Assembly (NCBI GenBank): GCA_963779615.1
Contig: CAVZZA010000001.1
Coordinates: forward strand, 608,001-672,000
Origin: an uncultured Nitrososphaeraceae archaeon
GTDB taxonomy: Archaea > Thermoproteota > Nitrososphaeria > Nitrososphaerales > Nitrososphaeraceae
Length of the DNA stretch: 64,000 nt
Direction of reading: 5' to 3'
In this document: one piece after another, positions 32,715 to 43,137 of the stretch
Position numbering within the stretch: the first letter of the stretch is position 1
Layout of the letters: every line of letters begins with the position of its first letter
Program-made: the position numbers and the translations under genes
Notes under the pieces: generated by a model
What the model was told of the DNA's origin: nothing
What the model saw: the letters and a program-made list of their open reading frames with translations, nothing else
The model's database searches: none

Positions 32715-32895
32715 TTAAATAACCCTATAGACACAAAAAAATAGGCGCAGTCTACTACCATTCAAGTCCTGGGTATGTCATATACATCGACCTCATTTGT
32801 CATCTGGAAAACTTGCAAGCACGACAATAAAGGAGTGAGTCAGTCACTGGAAATGACATTGGCATTCTTACCATCACTCCTTTATTGTCTCTTTG
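32708..32895 (+). ncRNA. Candidate structured small RNA, copy 3
   Basis: Perfect 16-bp stem 32823-32838/32874-32889 with a C-G pair replacing the U-A of copy 1; inner GUCA/UGAC stem. Confidence 0.5.
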
Positions 32896-33170
32896 ATACT
32901 AATACCTGTCATTGAGTAACAATAGGTTTTTTGTTCTTTATTCTCACCTCATATGTACGGATAAATAATTCAAAGCCTTTTCTTTTTTTTATGATTAAAA
33001 ATAGTTTAAAATTTTGACTTTATCTTTAGATGACTAATAATTATTGTTATAATAAGGATCTAAGAATCAATTATGTGCAATGTGTTCTTTTCAAAAGATA
33101 TTTGATTTTATAATACTTAGCTGGATAAACCATCCAACAATTTATATACAGTGCAAAAAACTTTGAATTA

Positions 33171-33386
33171 ATGTCAACTTTTGATAAAACCCTTGTTAGC
33201 ACATATGATAATTCAAAAATGGCCATTGGTTTTTTAGCAGCCATTGTAGTGTTTGGTATTTTTGTGGTAGGTTATGATCAAGGGCAAATTTTCAGCCTCG
33301 TTCAGGGCAATCAGGCATTTGATATGAAATACTTGCATGAGATTACTCATGACATGAGGCATGCAGCAGGCTTTCCTTGCCATTAG
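33171..33386 (+). CDS. cbtB: Cobalt transporter subunit CbtB (copy 2)
   Basis: Protein identical to 2675-2890. Confidence 0.92.
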   Translation: MSTFDKTLVSTYDNSKMAIGFLAAIVVFGIFVVGYDQGQIFSLVQGNQAFDMKYLHEITHDMRHAAGFPCH

Positions 33387-33417
33387 CAATTAACTATATA
33401 TTATATTATGGTGTTAA

Positions 33418-34149
33418 TTGATGTTGAAATCGCTGCTCTTTGTTCTCATCTCTCTTGTTTCCGGGGCCATATCTGGTGTGGTTTTGGCCGGCATGAACTT
33501 AATCGTTGTCGAGCCATTTATCGACAAAGCCATAGGTTTGGAAACCTCCAAGGCTGTTGCGGCAGGCGAAAGTGTGGACACCAATGAGCAAAACTCATAC
33601 AGGACATGGCAAAAGTCCGGAAGTTTCATTGCGGGCTCCATCTTGGGAATGGCGTTTGGCTCCCTCCTTGGCATAGTTTATGTTTTTGGCAGAAGCTATC
33701 TCCCTTTTTCTGGCGACATCAAGAGGGCGGTTTTCCTGTCACTAGTCATCTGCCTGGCTTTGTTTGTCATCCCTTTCCTCAAGTATCCCGGAAACCCGCC
33801 TGCTGTTGGAAACCCGGACACCATATACCTAAGGGAAAGCCTGTACCTTGGGTTCTTGGCAGTATCCGCAGTATCTGCCCTGGGTCTTGGGGTTTTGTTT
33901 TACAGGTTTAGGGGTGTACGCCATATCCGCATAGCCATACCACTGGTTTATGCCGTGATAATGTCCAGTGCGTTTGCTTTGTTCCCACCCAACCCCGACA
34001 AAATCACCATACCGATGGACTTGGTGAGTTCTTTCAGAATCGCGAGCGGCCTAACCATGGTCGGATTTTGGGTGGTTCTTGGTGTTGTATTTGGATTGCT
34101 TTGGCGCAATCTTAAGCCCCACGGACCTTCTAAAATAACTGCAATTTGA
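33418..34149 (+). CDS. cbtA: Cobalt transporter subunit CbtA (copy 2)
   Basis: Identical to 1894-2625 except the last ~14 residues. Confidence 0.9.
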   Translation: MMLKSLLFVLISLVSGAISGVVLAGMNLIVVEPFIDKAIGLETSKAVAAGESVDTNEQNSYRTWQKSGSFIAGSILGMAFGSLLGIVYVFGRSYLPFSGDIKRAVFLSLVICLALFVIPFLKYPGNPPAVGNPDTIYLRESLYLGFLAVSAVSALGLGVLFYRFRGVRHIRIAIPLVYAVIMSSAFALFPPNPDKITIPMDLVSSFRIASGLTMVGFWVVLGVVFGLLWRNLKPHGPSKITAI

Positions 34150-34639
34150 TTTTGATTTTGATTTTGTGCATGCATTTTCCCTCTATTTTTTTTAGTTTAT
34201 TTTTTTTCATCTGGCCCTCTAAACCTGTAAAATCAAAAATAATCAATTTGATGCTTAACATCTAATACTTGTAATATTTGAAGTTGGATTAGCAATTACA
34301 TTTGTTATAGGGTAGTAACAGGAATGGTTGATTAGATTATGTATGCTGCTAATACTAGTGTGAACAATGGTGCTGATAACACCAAAAAACCGTCATGTTA
34401 TTATTATCTTTTCATTAAAAAACACGAAAAATAAAAAATTTCTTCAATTAACGATAATCTGCAGCTATAATTGTATTTCATTGGTGGGTCCCAGCAAAAC
34501 TATAAGTAAGAAAATCGACAATGCTGAGGCTGGAATGGATATACAGAGAAGACACTTATTACTAACCAAAGGTTTTCTTAGTTTTCTTACCAAAGATGCA
34601 CACTGAGGGCACATTAATTTTTGAATCCCTTGTGTTTTA

Positions 34640-35572
34640 CTATTCCGCTATCATTTTCAAATCATAGGCCAGAAATAAATTGGTATGAACAGGTCCGTGA
34701 ATGATTTGCATAATATCACTGTATGGCTTCTTATCGTCTATCAAACTTAGCAGAAGAGATAAACCATCCTCTAATCCGGATACCGAAGTAGACCTAATAT
34801 CTGCCGTAAGATAAGATCTAGTCGGATTAGGTAGTTCCAGAGGCTTTAAGTCGTCTCTGAATAATTCTAGTGCCTTGATTGCAAGTCCTTGTGCATTCTG
34901 ATAATTAGAAATATCGGCGATTCTAGAAGCACTTGGGATTTGATTATCTTCCATACCCATAGAATCTGGAGGAGAATCAATAGGGGAATCCATATCTGAC
35001 GTGTCCATCATATTTCCCATGCTACCACTCGTAGCAATAACGGGTTCAATGCCATACGCTATCGCATATTCTCTGAGAATTTCGTCTGTTATGTTAGCAA
35101 TATTAAGAGCTTGTATTGTCGAATTTCTTAGGTCTCTGGAATCTATCTCTGAGACAATCTTGTTGTCCAAGAATCTTGATGCGTTGTCAATCGTCTTATT
35201 GATGCGTAACAGGGAATCTGTCTTTTCCGAATCAACAGCTATTGATTCAATTAATTGACGGAGGTCGTCTAGGTGAGGAATATGGAAAGTAGTAGTACCG
35301 TTACTCCTAGTTTGAATCTCTGTAGCGTCTGCCACATGTTTTAATGCCAAATTGTTGTCAGAATGATTCAAGTTATAATTAATGAGTCCTAATTCTGTTT
35401 TCAATTGATTGGCAGTTGCCAATAGCGATGCATTTTTGTCGGATAAGAATACATGGGCTAAAGCAGGTTCCAGATCCAATGATGCCACAATGAGTAAAGT
35501 GGATAAAAGGGGTAAAACTAGACAATTTACAATGCCATCTGGGGCATTAGTCCTCGTATTGTATCGGTGCAT
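34640..35572 (-). CDS. Secreted helical protein with predicted N-terminal His and C-terminal HxxxH (paralogue B)
   Basis: PALA|HVF; Met-rich loop; YQNAQGLA; MQIIHGPVHTNL. Confidence 0.78.
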   Translation of the reverse strand: MHRYNTRTNAPDGIVNCLVLPLLSTLLIVASLDLEPALAHVFLSDKNASLLATANQLKTELGLINYNLNHSDNNLALKHVADATEIQTRSNGTTTFHIPHLDDLRQLIESIAVDSEKTDSLLRINKTIDNASRFLDNKIVSEIDSRDLRNSTIQALNIANITDEILREYAIAYGIEPVIATSGSMGNMMDTSDMDSPIDSPPDSMGMEDNQIPSASRIADISNYQNAQGLAIKALELFRDDLKPLELPNPTRSYLTADIRSTSVSGLEDGLSLLLSLIDDKKPYSDIMQIIHGPVHTNLFLAYDLKMIAE

Positions 35573-36655
35573 GCAGAAGATTGAGAAATATGACAGAGCG
35601 CATGTTATAAATGAAATGCCATGTTGTGATTCAATGACACTTTTGTCATCTACAACATCAAACTAATAAACAAAGAAAGAATTTACCGCTAGGTTGAAAA
35701 TTCTGGAGTGTAGCTGCTTTTCGAATCTCCAAGTTTAATGTCATCTTCGCCATCTTGTAACTTATTTACTCTATTATTTTCCATCTCAACCTCCACATAA
35801 TCGTCTTCGTCTTTCTTTGTATCCTTTGTCTTTTCGTTCGTGAATAGATCAACAATGGCCAGCTTTGATCCTTGCTTGTCTATATCTGAACCAAACATGT
35901 CGACTTCAGCAAATTCTATTACCTATATACCTTGTTGTACTTGTAGTTTATAGTATAATTAAATTGAACATTAGTATCAGGGTTTTATAATGGGACTAAA
36001 GTTGTCATTATGTGAAATATGATGAAACGTACATAGGTAAAAAAGAGATAACATCTTGACTTACAGAGCCAGAGACTTGTATTGATAGATTCGTTAGATG
36101 TGTTTTTAATTATTATATAATTGTTAAAAAATACTTCAAGGCATTAGCAGGATAAGAAAAAGTTTGACAATATTGGATAATTATCTCGATTAACAATCAC
36201 TACAACAGATTAGTAAATGGTTATGAGTTTGTTGAAAGCGTTACATAGGCAGGTTTAACAGTGAGCAAAATGTTTTTTGGGTTTGGTTGCAGTATGGTAA
36301 AAAAATGTTCTGTTTTACTCACTTGGAGCTTTAAATGATATTCCGTCTTCTTTCTTCCATGCTGCATATGGTGAACCCTTGTAAGTTGCCATAACTGGGT
36401 ATTTGTTTTTCCATTCATACACAGAATTTGTAAATATAACTAATTTGTCATCGGGGATTATTTCTGCAAGTTCTATTGTTTTTCCGGGATTGTCGTCTCC
36501 ATTGTTCCCATTACCTTGAGGAGTATGACTTTGTTGTTGATTGTTTTGATCTGTTCCTTTGGTTGATTGCCGTTGTTCTTTGATGTTATTTTATGAGGGT
36601 TGTATTTTTTGTTTCCAGTTGGGGGGAATACCCAAAAGAATAGTGGCTGATTGCG

Positions 36656-37294
36656 TTATTCGCCACGGAGGAATTCATATTGTGAGGGTATGGCATTAGG
36701 GGGTTTACCATAAACTATGGATATTACATCATGGGCATGCAAAACAATATCTCTGTGGCTTGTTCCTTCTGGAACCTTTGTTCCATTGACATACACATTT
36801 AATGCATTGGCATTATTTACAACATTATCAAATACTTGAGTATTGTTGAATTTTCTGTTCCATATGTCAAAGAGATGCCCTAGGTTAAAGTCTCTTTTTA
36901 CAGGTGCTTCTATGTGAATAACTCCAGATTCATCGTGGGTGTGTATCCAATAGAAACACTTGTCGGTTATACCAATGAGTGCTGGAACCGTAGAATGTTG
37001 ACCATTGATGAATATGTCAAGGTGTGCATGTATGTGAAAGCCAAGTTGTTCCATGGCGCCGCATTGTATGCCATCTATAGGCGCTGATGAAGATAACGCA
37101 GTGGCAGTTGATGATATGGATGGTGGTGGTGGTGGTGGTGGTATTGATGGGGTTTTAAGATTAGCCACGTTCAATCCAACAATACCTGCTGTAGCTACAA
37201 CAGCTATTGCTATCAGGCTAACCATGACAACTGTTTTGGCCTTTTTATTTCCTTTGCCTTTGACCCCATTACTATTTTCACGATTATCCTTCAT
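36656..37294 (-). CDS. Membrane-anchored His-rich hypothetical protein
   Basis: TM anchor, poly-Pro linker, FHIHAHLDIFING, CFYWIHTHDESGVIHIE. Confidence 0.8.
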   Translation of the reverse strand: MKDNRENSNGVKGKGNKKAKTVVMVSLIAIAVVATAGIVGLNVANLKTPSIPPPPPPPSISSTATALSSSAPIDGIQCGAMEQLGFHIHAHLDIFINGQHSTVPALIGITDKCFYWIHTHDESGVIHIEAPVKRDFNLGHLFDIWNRKFNNTQVFDNVVNNANALNVYVNGTKVPEGTSHRDIVLHAHDVISIVYGKPPNAIPSQYEFLRGE

Positions 37295-37599
37295 GTTTTC
37301 TCAATGCGCTGAAAAATAAATGTACTGAAGCTTATTATAATACACCCAACGATTAATTTTTTCAAAGTAGTATTTTACTTCTTGCTAATTTAGTTCTAAA
37401 TCGCAGCAAACATTATGCTATATTAATTAGTAACGGTGGTGCATTCCACGAATATATCACGAACCTTATATAGCATTTTCTTAATGTGGTTCTAATATGG
37501 GAGGTGGGCTCGCGAAAGCCGTTTAGACAGAAAATGAAACCATATAAAATACCTTTTGCGTTAATCACCGCTGGAAAGGGATAGTGAAGGAATAAAACT

Positions 37600-38192
37600 T
37601 TTATCCTTTTCTGGTTGGTGGTGGATTGCTCCCATATACGTTATCGAAACTTTCTGTCCTGTCCTTGATATATTACGTTGTCCTTTCTGTCATGCTTTTC
37701 TCATAACGGGAATGGATGTGATGACTTGTTTTCAAAAACCTGCAGGCCAGTAGATACCAAGTTCCCCCGTCTGTTGATATGGGTCATGCTTTCAATGAAC
37801 CTTGACCAATCCTGAGATAAACCTCTCTGCTACAAACATGCTTCTCCTTTTTGAGATTGCCAGTGCGAGAATCTGCTTTTTTTTGGCTTGCCGCCCAAAG
37901 ATAGCCGGATACACTCGGAACCAACCTTGATCAATGTTTCATCAACTACAAACCCAAAAACATTTTTTCTTGAGGATATCCTCCCAGGCTTGTGCTTTTG
38001 AATCCAGTTCCAAATGAAAACGTGGTTTCGATTGATAAAGCAGGGATAGCCTTTCTGAGGCCCCCCTAATGACAAACCGGAAAAGCACAGATACAAACCA
38101 TAACCAATACGCAATGAAGGCGCTATGTTGCTCTTATTGCAAATGCAGGAAATGGGAATCCTCAATCTATGCAATTATCGTTAAGTTGACTG
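37600..38192 (-). mobile_element. Heavily degraded IS6-family remnant
   Basis: YGLYLCFSGLSL, NHVFIWNWIQK, VDETLIKVGSE; TIR-like CGTTAAGTTGAC at about 38179-38190. Confidence 0.82.
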
Positions 38193-38261
38193 GAAATGTG
38201 AGTTAGCATTTGAACTCAATATGAGTTTATTAGTGAACCCATGTTTATAGTCAAATTTATT

Positions 38262-38290
38262 GCGGGGCCGGTGGGATGTGATTCAAAAGT
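38262..38290. repeat. att-like copy of the tRNA-Lys 3' end with GTGATTCAAAA junction
   Basis: GCGGGGCCGGTGGGAT versus tRNA GCGGGCCCGGTGGGAT (15/16). Confidence 0.75.
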
Positions 38291-38628
38291 AAACGGAATC
38301 CAAAATAAATTTGATAAGATTTGGATATCGTTATTTAGCTAAATCAACTACCTTTTACTTTGACTATACCTTAGATTTAAATGACCTTACGTGCCATGAC
38401 TATAAGAAAGTATAGAAAGCCTTCATAGTGTGCAGGTAATACTATATGTGTATTTCTCTGTCTCTCATGAAGTAGGTCATCAAAGAGATTTTCTTTTTTT
38501 ATCTATAATCCCTTATCGATATGGGGCCATATGCAAAATATCATCTTAAACGATATCCACAAAAAGAAATTTAGAGCATACCATAGATAAAACTGTCATT
38601 AGTGGGTTTTGAATGCCTCTCCATTATC

Positions 38629-39855
38629 TCATCCATTCTTTTTACTATCTTGGCTATCTCCGTTATAGTCTATAGGTCTGCCATTAATGTCGATTACAGT
38701 ATTTGCAAGTATTTTATTATTTTCCTCTGCCCCTTTCTCTATGGATATGGCATCACTTAATGAGGAGGAGGAGGGCGATGATGGAGATGAGTTGGTGTTT
38801 CCTAATTTAACAATGTTATTATGTATTGTATTATTAGACGATTCTTTGTCTAAATCTATTCCCCCACTGCTGTTTGCAACAGTATTGTTATAAATCTCAT
38901 TGTTGTTAGACTCTGAAATAACTATAGCTTTGTCTTCATTACTGACAATGTTATTTCTAGCAACAGAATCATGCATGTTTCGGCTAAACATTATACCCAT
39001 CTTGGCGTTATTGTAGGCCGTGTTATTTTCTATCGTTATGTTAAAACAATCAAGGGAACAGATTATGCCAATAGAGCCATTGTCATGCACTGTATTATTG
39101 CGGATTGTCATGTCATGAGTACCGGTGTGGGGGTCAAGACCGTAATGGATATTGTCATGGATATGGTTATTTTCAAGTACCATTCCACCAACGCCCTTTG
39201 AGTAGAAAGCAAAGTATAGATTGTGTATATCGTTTCCACTTATGGTGCTGCCATGACCGCCTTCGTACCTTAGACCGGTAAGTCCTCCACCATATCCCGA
39301 TTCATACCCGAGATATGCTATCTCTGAATTAGTTATATCGGTAGTTCCTGTTGCCTCAGGTTCTACTACTATGTAGGGTCTTGGAGTGCCAATTTCGACA
39401 TCCTCTCCATCCCTATTTGAGTCAGGACTTAATGTATAATTATTTGTTGTAGGATTCCATGAAGTTATCTTTACGGAATCAATCTTTAGGCTTCCAGATA
39501 TGCGTATGGGATTTGCAGTGACTCCATCTGCGGATATCTTTAGCCATGAAGTGTCGCTAGAATTGATATATAGGGCAGCATTCTCGGCTACTGTGATTCC
39601 AGCATTCAATAACCATTCGCCATTATTCCCTTTTTGAAGTATGCTGGGATCTTTGAGTTGATTATTGATATCTGTGAGACTTGCAGAGCCACACGTTATT
39701 GTAATTATCTTTTCAGATGAATCATATGTTATGCATGTAGTAACAGCAGGGTTATTTGTAGATTGGGCATAAGCCATTAGAGAGGGAGGCAAGGAATATA
39801 TGATTAGTAAAAATATAATTGCAAATAATGGTAATAATATTCTGGATATTGTCAT
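38629..39855 (-). CDS. Secreted right-handed parallel beta-helix protein (NosD/AlgG-like)
   Basis: NSEIAYLGY, YGLDPHTGTHD and repeated I.NN..HDN rungs. Confidence 0.82.
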   Translation of the reverse strand: MTISRILLPLFAIIFLLIIYSLPPSLMAYAQSTNNPAVTTCITYDSSEKIITITCGSASLTDINNQLKDPSILQKGNNGEWLLNAGITVAENAALYINSSDTSWLKISADGVTANPIRISGSLKIDSVKITSWNPTTNNYTLSPDSNRDGEDVEIGTPRPYIVVEPEATGTTDITNSEIAYLGYESGYGGGLTGLRYEGGHGSTISGNDIHNLYFAFYSKGVGGMVLENNHIHDNIHYGLDPHTGTHDMTIRNNTVHDNGSIGIICSLDCFNITIENNTAYNNAKMGIMFSRNMHDSVARNNIVSNEDKAIVISESNNNEIYNNTVANSSGGIDLDKESSNNTIHNNIVKLGNTNSSPSSPSSSSLSDAISIEKGAEENNKILANTVIDINGRPIDYNGDSQDSKKNG

Positions 39856-40006
39856 AATTTTGTACCCTTATCAAATTTTCACATCATTATTGATAAACTT
39901 TCTTAAAATTTTACTGTCCGTTTATTATATGGAAGACAAAGGAATCAACTGTCGTTTATGAACAAATACACTAAAACTTGGGGTAAAAAAGCGTTCATTA
40001 TAGAAG

Positions 40007-40099
40007 CGGGCCCGGTGGGATTCGAACCCACGACAGCCGGATTTCTTTCCATTTCTTTAGTTAAAAGTCCGGTACTCTACCTGGCTGAGCTACGGGCCC
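40007..40099 (-). tRNA. tRNA-Lys(UUU) with 19-nt intron at 37/38
   Basis: GGGCCCG acceptor stem, anticodon stem CCGGA/TCCGG around CTTTTA-intron-A, T arm GTGGGTTCGAATCCCAC. Confidence 0.95.
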
Positions 40100-40716
40100 A
40101 TTACCTTTCATTATAAAACTCAGTACAATTTAATTTTATAGATCACTGAAAACAAGAAAGTCCGAAAATGCATCAACTATTATTTAAAAACCCCATGAGT
40201 TTGTTACAGATGGCAATGTAAAATAACAACACAATAGGAAAACATCAACATGTAATAAAAATTATGATACTGGCCAAATATGGCATGATTTTATGATTGG
40301 ATGACAAAACAACCCCATTTGTAGGTGCGATAATTTCACTTGTCTGCTTATTTATCTTAAATGATGTGGCATGAATAAAAACTGATGCTTTAAATTTCGC
40401 TGCTGTTGCTTTTGACCTAATCTGCAATGACTTCTTCTTCCATCATAAGGGATATCCCTGGCTCACATGCGAATTTAAAAAGGGATCAAGGGTGAAGCTT
40501 GGGTTGCTCAACATTCAAGTGTGTAAAATGAAAAAGATTTAGAAGGGTATGTTATGGCAATTTATAACTGTGTTATTGTTGTGACAAAATCAATCTAACT
40601 GTAACTGTGACTCTATGGCGAAACAATCTCTCTTTCGTTATTCTTGTTGTTTTAAAACAAGTTGGTTTTTCAATTTATGCAATATTGACCATTCCAAAAA
40701 TAAATGATGGCATGCC

Positions 40717-41214
40717 TTATTTGTGCCCGGCGCGATTGAACAAAAGCTCACCAAGTTTCCATTTTACAGAAACCCTGTTATCAAAACCCTTTATCTTACT
40801 TAACAGTATCAAATCTGGGCCGTAGTTGATTTGCATTTTATTATGCAGTTCATCACTGACCTTAATCAGTTCCTCCCTAAAGAACACAGTTGAGCCATGA
40901 TTGTCAATGTTTAAAATGAACACAATATGGCTTTTGTATTTGTCGCTTATGGAAAATTGCGCCTTGTCGCATAGCATTTTTTTCAAGGCGTCATTTTTTG
41001 GATGAAGGGCATCAATTGCCCTCATCAGTGGTTCCAGATGGGGTATCATGTTTCTTATGAAACCCTTAAGTTTTATGGCCTCATCGGAATAAATCCCTAA
41101 AGATCTGTCATCCCACTTGAAAAAATAATTTCCAAATGTGGTTTCGGGTTTAACCAAAGGGTTAATATTCCCACCGCATAAAAAATCCAGGATAAAATTG
41201 GATGACTCAACCAT
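40717..41214 (-). CDS. Hypothetical protein
   Basis: 165-aa ORF co-oriented downstream of the helicase. Confidence 0.6.
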   Translation of the reverse strand: MVESSNFILDFLCGGNINPLVKPETTFGNYFFKWDDRSLGIYSDEAIKLKGFIRNMIPHLEPLMRAIDALHPKNDALKKMLCDKAQFSISDKYKSHIVFILNIDNHGSTVFFREELIKVSDELHNKMQINYGPDLILLSKIKGFDNRVSVKWKLGELLFNRAGHK

Positions 41215-41301
41215 TTCGATACAACAATATTATTATCTTTTACAACTTTTTATGATATGGGCATGCGTTAAAGAGTGTTTTGCCGTCCCCCGCCAAATTT
41301 C

Positions 41302-43020
41302 TTATCTTGAAACTATAGCTTCGGAAAACCATTTTGGTATCATGTCTTTCCCGTTTCTCAATAAGTAGGAAATGTTGCTATCCAAAATGTAGGTATTTGC
41401 ATAATCCTCTGAGTTTCGGACGCTTCGGCCATATGCTTGAATTAGCCGCAATATGGTGTTCCATTCATACCATTTTGGGTTTCGCTGTTTGAGCACAGAA
41501 ATTTTTTTATCGGTTAAATCTGGATAGGGAACTTTTACAATGATCTGAAACCTTGAAAGATCATCCTTCAGGTCTACACCCAAATACATAGAAGGCGAAA
41601 TTAGAACCGTTGGTTTTGCGCTCTGAAAGTGTTTTAAAATCATCTCGTTTCTGTCTATTTTTGGATTTGTCTCTATCAGCCTAGAGGAGTTGTCTTTCGA
41701 CATGTTATTTTTGATGAATTGCAATTGAGAGTATGAGGTTGTGTGGATTATGCCCTTGTCATTTTTATGAACTGTAAGGAGATTGTCGATAACCTTTGCT
41801 AAAAGCGGCAATGACTCGTTCATGGTTCGGGCATTTAACCATGCAACATTCATCAGGTATATTGGCCTATGCTCAACCGGGAATTCGGATTCTTCAATCC
41901 TTATAAACTTGACTTGATCATCCTTCAGCCCAACTGCTTTACAAAGGTTATCTTTGCTTAATATGGTGGCACTCATTAGCAAAGACAACGAGCCTTTGTC
42001 AAAAATATCGGTGAAGTATTTTGATACATCTAATGGCTCCATTTTAATCCTGCTTATTTTGTTGTCTTTGTCGTTTTTGATTAGATTGGTGACAAGCCAG
42101 TTATCCTTGTTGGAATTCAAGTCCTCTAAAAACACGGACAAATTCTTTTCGTATGCTATTGCATCAATTAAGTTTTTTTCATTGACATCGATTTCTGTTT
42201 TGTTCTTATCATTTGGTATCGATATTTCTGCTTTGTCTACATATTTGGAGAAACTTTCCTTAAGGTGTTTACAAAAATCGATATATGTATCCACATCAAG
42301 TGGCTTATTTTCAGGCAGGTTTAATTTTGGGAAAAATCTGTTGATGTATTCTTTATTTATGATAAAGTTTTTAAAAGCGGATACTTCGGATTCTAAAGTG
42401 TGTGCCTCGTCTAAAATCAAAAGTTTTCTTTTATTTACGCCTGAAGAATAGAATAAATCGGAGAAAAAATATTTGTAGTTATAAATGGTGTGGCTGGATT
42501 TTATTGAGATCCATTTTTGGTGAAAATACACGCATGGTTTCCAGTCTATCCGTACAAGTTGGGAGTGTTGCCTTGCCTTGTCATGGTATTTTTTCAAGGC
42601 GTATTTGTTTATGTCGATACTCTCATAGATGGTTCCTTCGGCCCTTACTTCATAATCGCTTAACCTGGTTTTGTATAGACAATCATAGTCATCATCCTTA
42701 AGGCACGGGCCGTAATCACAACTCTCGTTAATCCCCATATCCTCTTTGACAATACAGGGAAAGTTGTTTCGTCCTTTTACCTCATATAAATATGAAAAAT
42801 CTCTGGAGTATTGGGTTTGTAAATCTTTTGTGGAGGTACAAAGATGGGAGCTGCCAAGAAACCTGGAAAGAGCTACAGCAACCGCGCTTTTTCCAAATCC
42901 AGTGGGAGCTTCTAAAAACAGAAATTTGTATCCTGACTTTAACGACTGATCAATGTCATCAAGGACTTTTTTTTGATTGGGACGAATATTGTCAAATGGG
43001 AAAAAACTATTCAGAGACAT
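41302..43020 (-). CDS. Rad3/XPD/DinG-family helicase
   Basis: EAPTGFGKS, Cys residues of an Fe-S-like domain, DEAH, MSAT, QAYGRSVR. Confidence 0.92.
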   Translation of the reverse strand: MSLNSFFPFDNIRPNQKKVLDDIDQSLKSGYKFLFLEAPTGFGKSAVAVALSRFLGSSHLCTSTKDLQTQYSRDFSYLYEVKGRNNFPCIVKEDMGINESCDYGPCLKDDDYDCLYKTRLSDYEVRAEGTIYESIDINKYALKKYHDKARQHSQLVRIDWKPCVYFHQKWISIKSSHTIYNYKYFFSDLFYSSGVNKRKLLILDEAHTLESEVSAFKNFIINKEYINRFFPKLNLPENKPLDVDTYIDFCKHLKESFSKYVDKAEISIPNDKNKTEIDVNEKNLIDAIAYEKNLSVFLEDLNSNKDNWLVTNLIKNDKDNKISRIKMEPLDVSKYFTDIFDKGSLSLLMSATILSKDNLCKAVGLKDDQVKFIRIEESEFPVEHRPIYLMNVAWLNARTMNESLPLLAKVIDNLLTVHKNDKGIIHTTSYSQLQFIKNNMSKDNSSRLIETNPKIDRNEMILKHFQSAKPTVLISPSMYLGVDLKDDLSRFQIIVKVPYPDLTDKKISVLKQRNPKWYEWNTILRLIQAYGRSVRNSEDYANTYILDSNISYLLRNGKDMIPKWFSEAIVSR

Positions 43021-43137
43021 TGGAAAGAATAAACATTAAAGACAAACGGAATATTAAAGTATAACCGAAGATTTTTATTATTTTTGTTCTGTTTCATTAT
43101 TTTTAATCATGAATTGCATTAAAATTGGAAGATTATA

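Noticed and set aside
35689-36590. Short ORFs 35689-35898 and 36221-36418
   Set aside because: Look like broken remnants of longer genes; no family could be assigned.
19499-40020. CRISPR array or casposon explanation for the tRNA-derived repeats
   Set aside because: Spacing is kilobases and irregular; no cas1 or polB seen and no terminal inverted repeats next to the duplicated tRNA ends.
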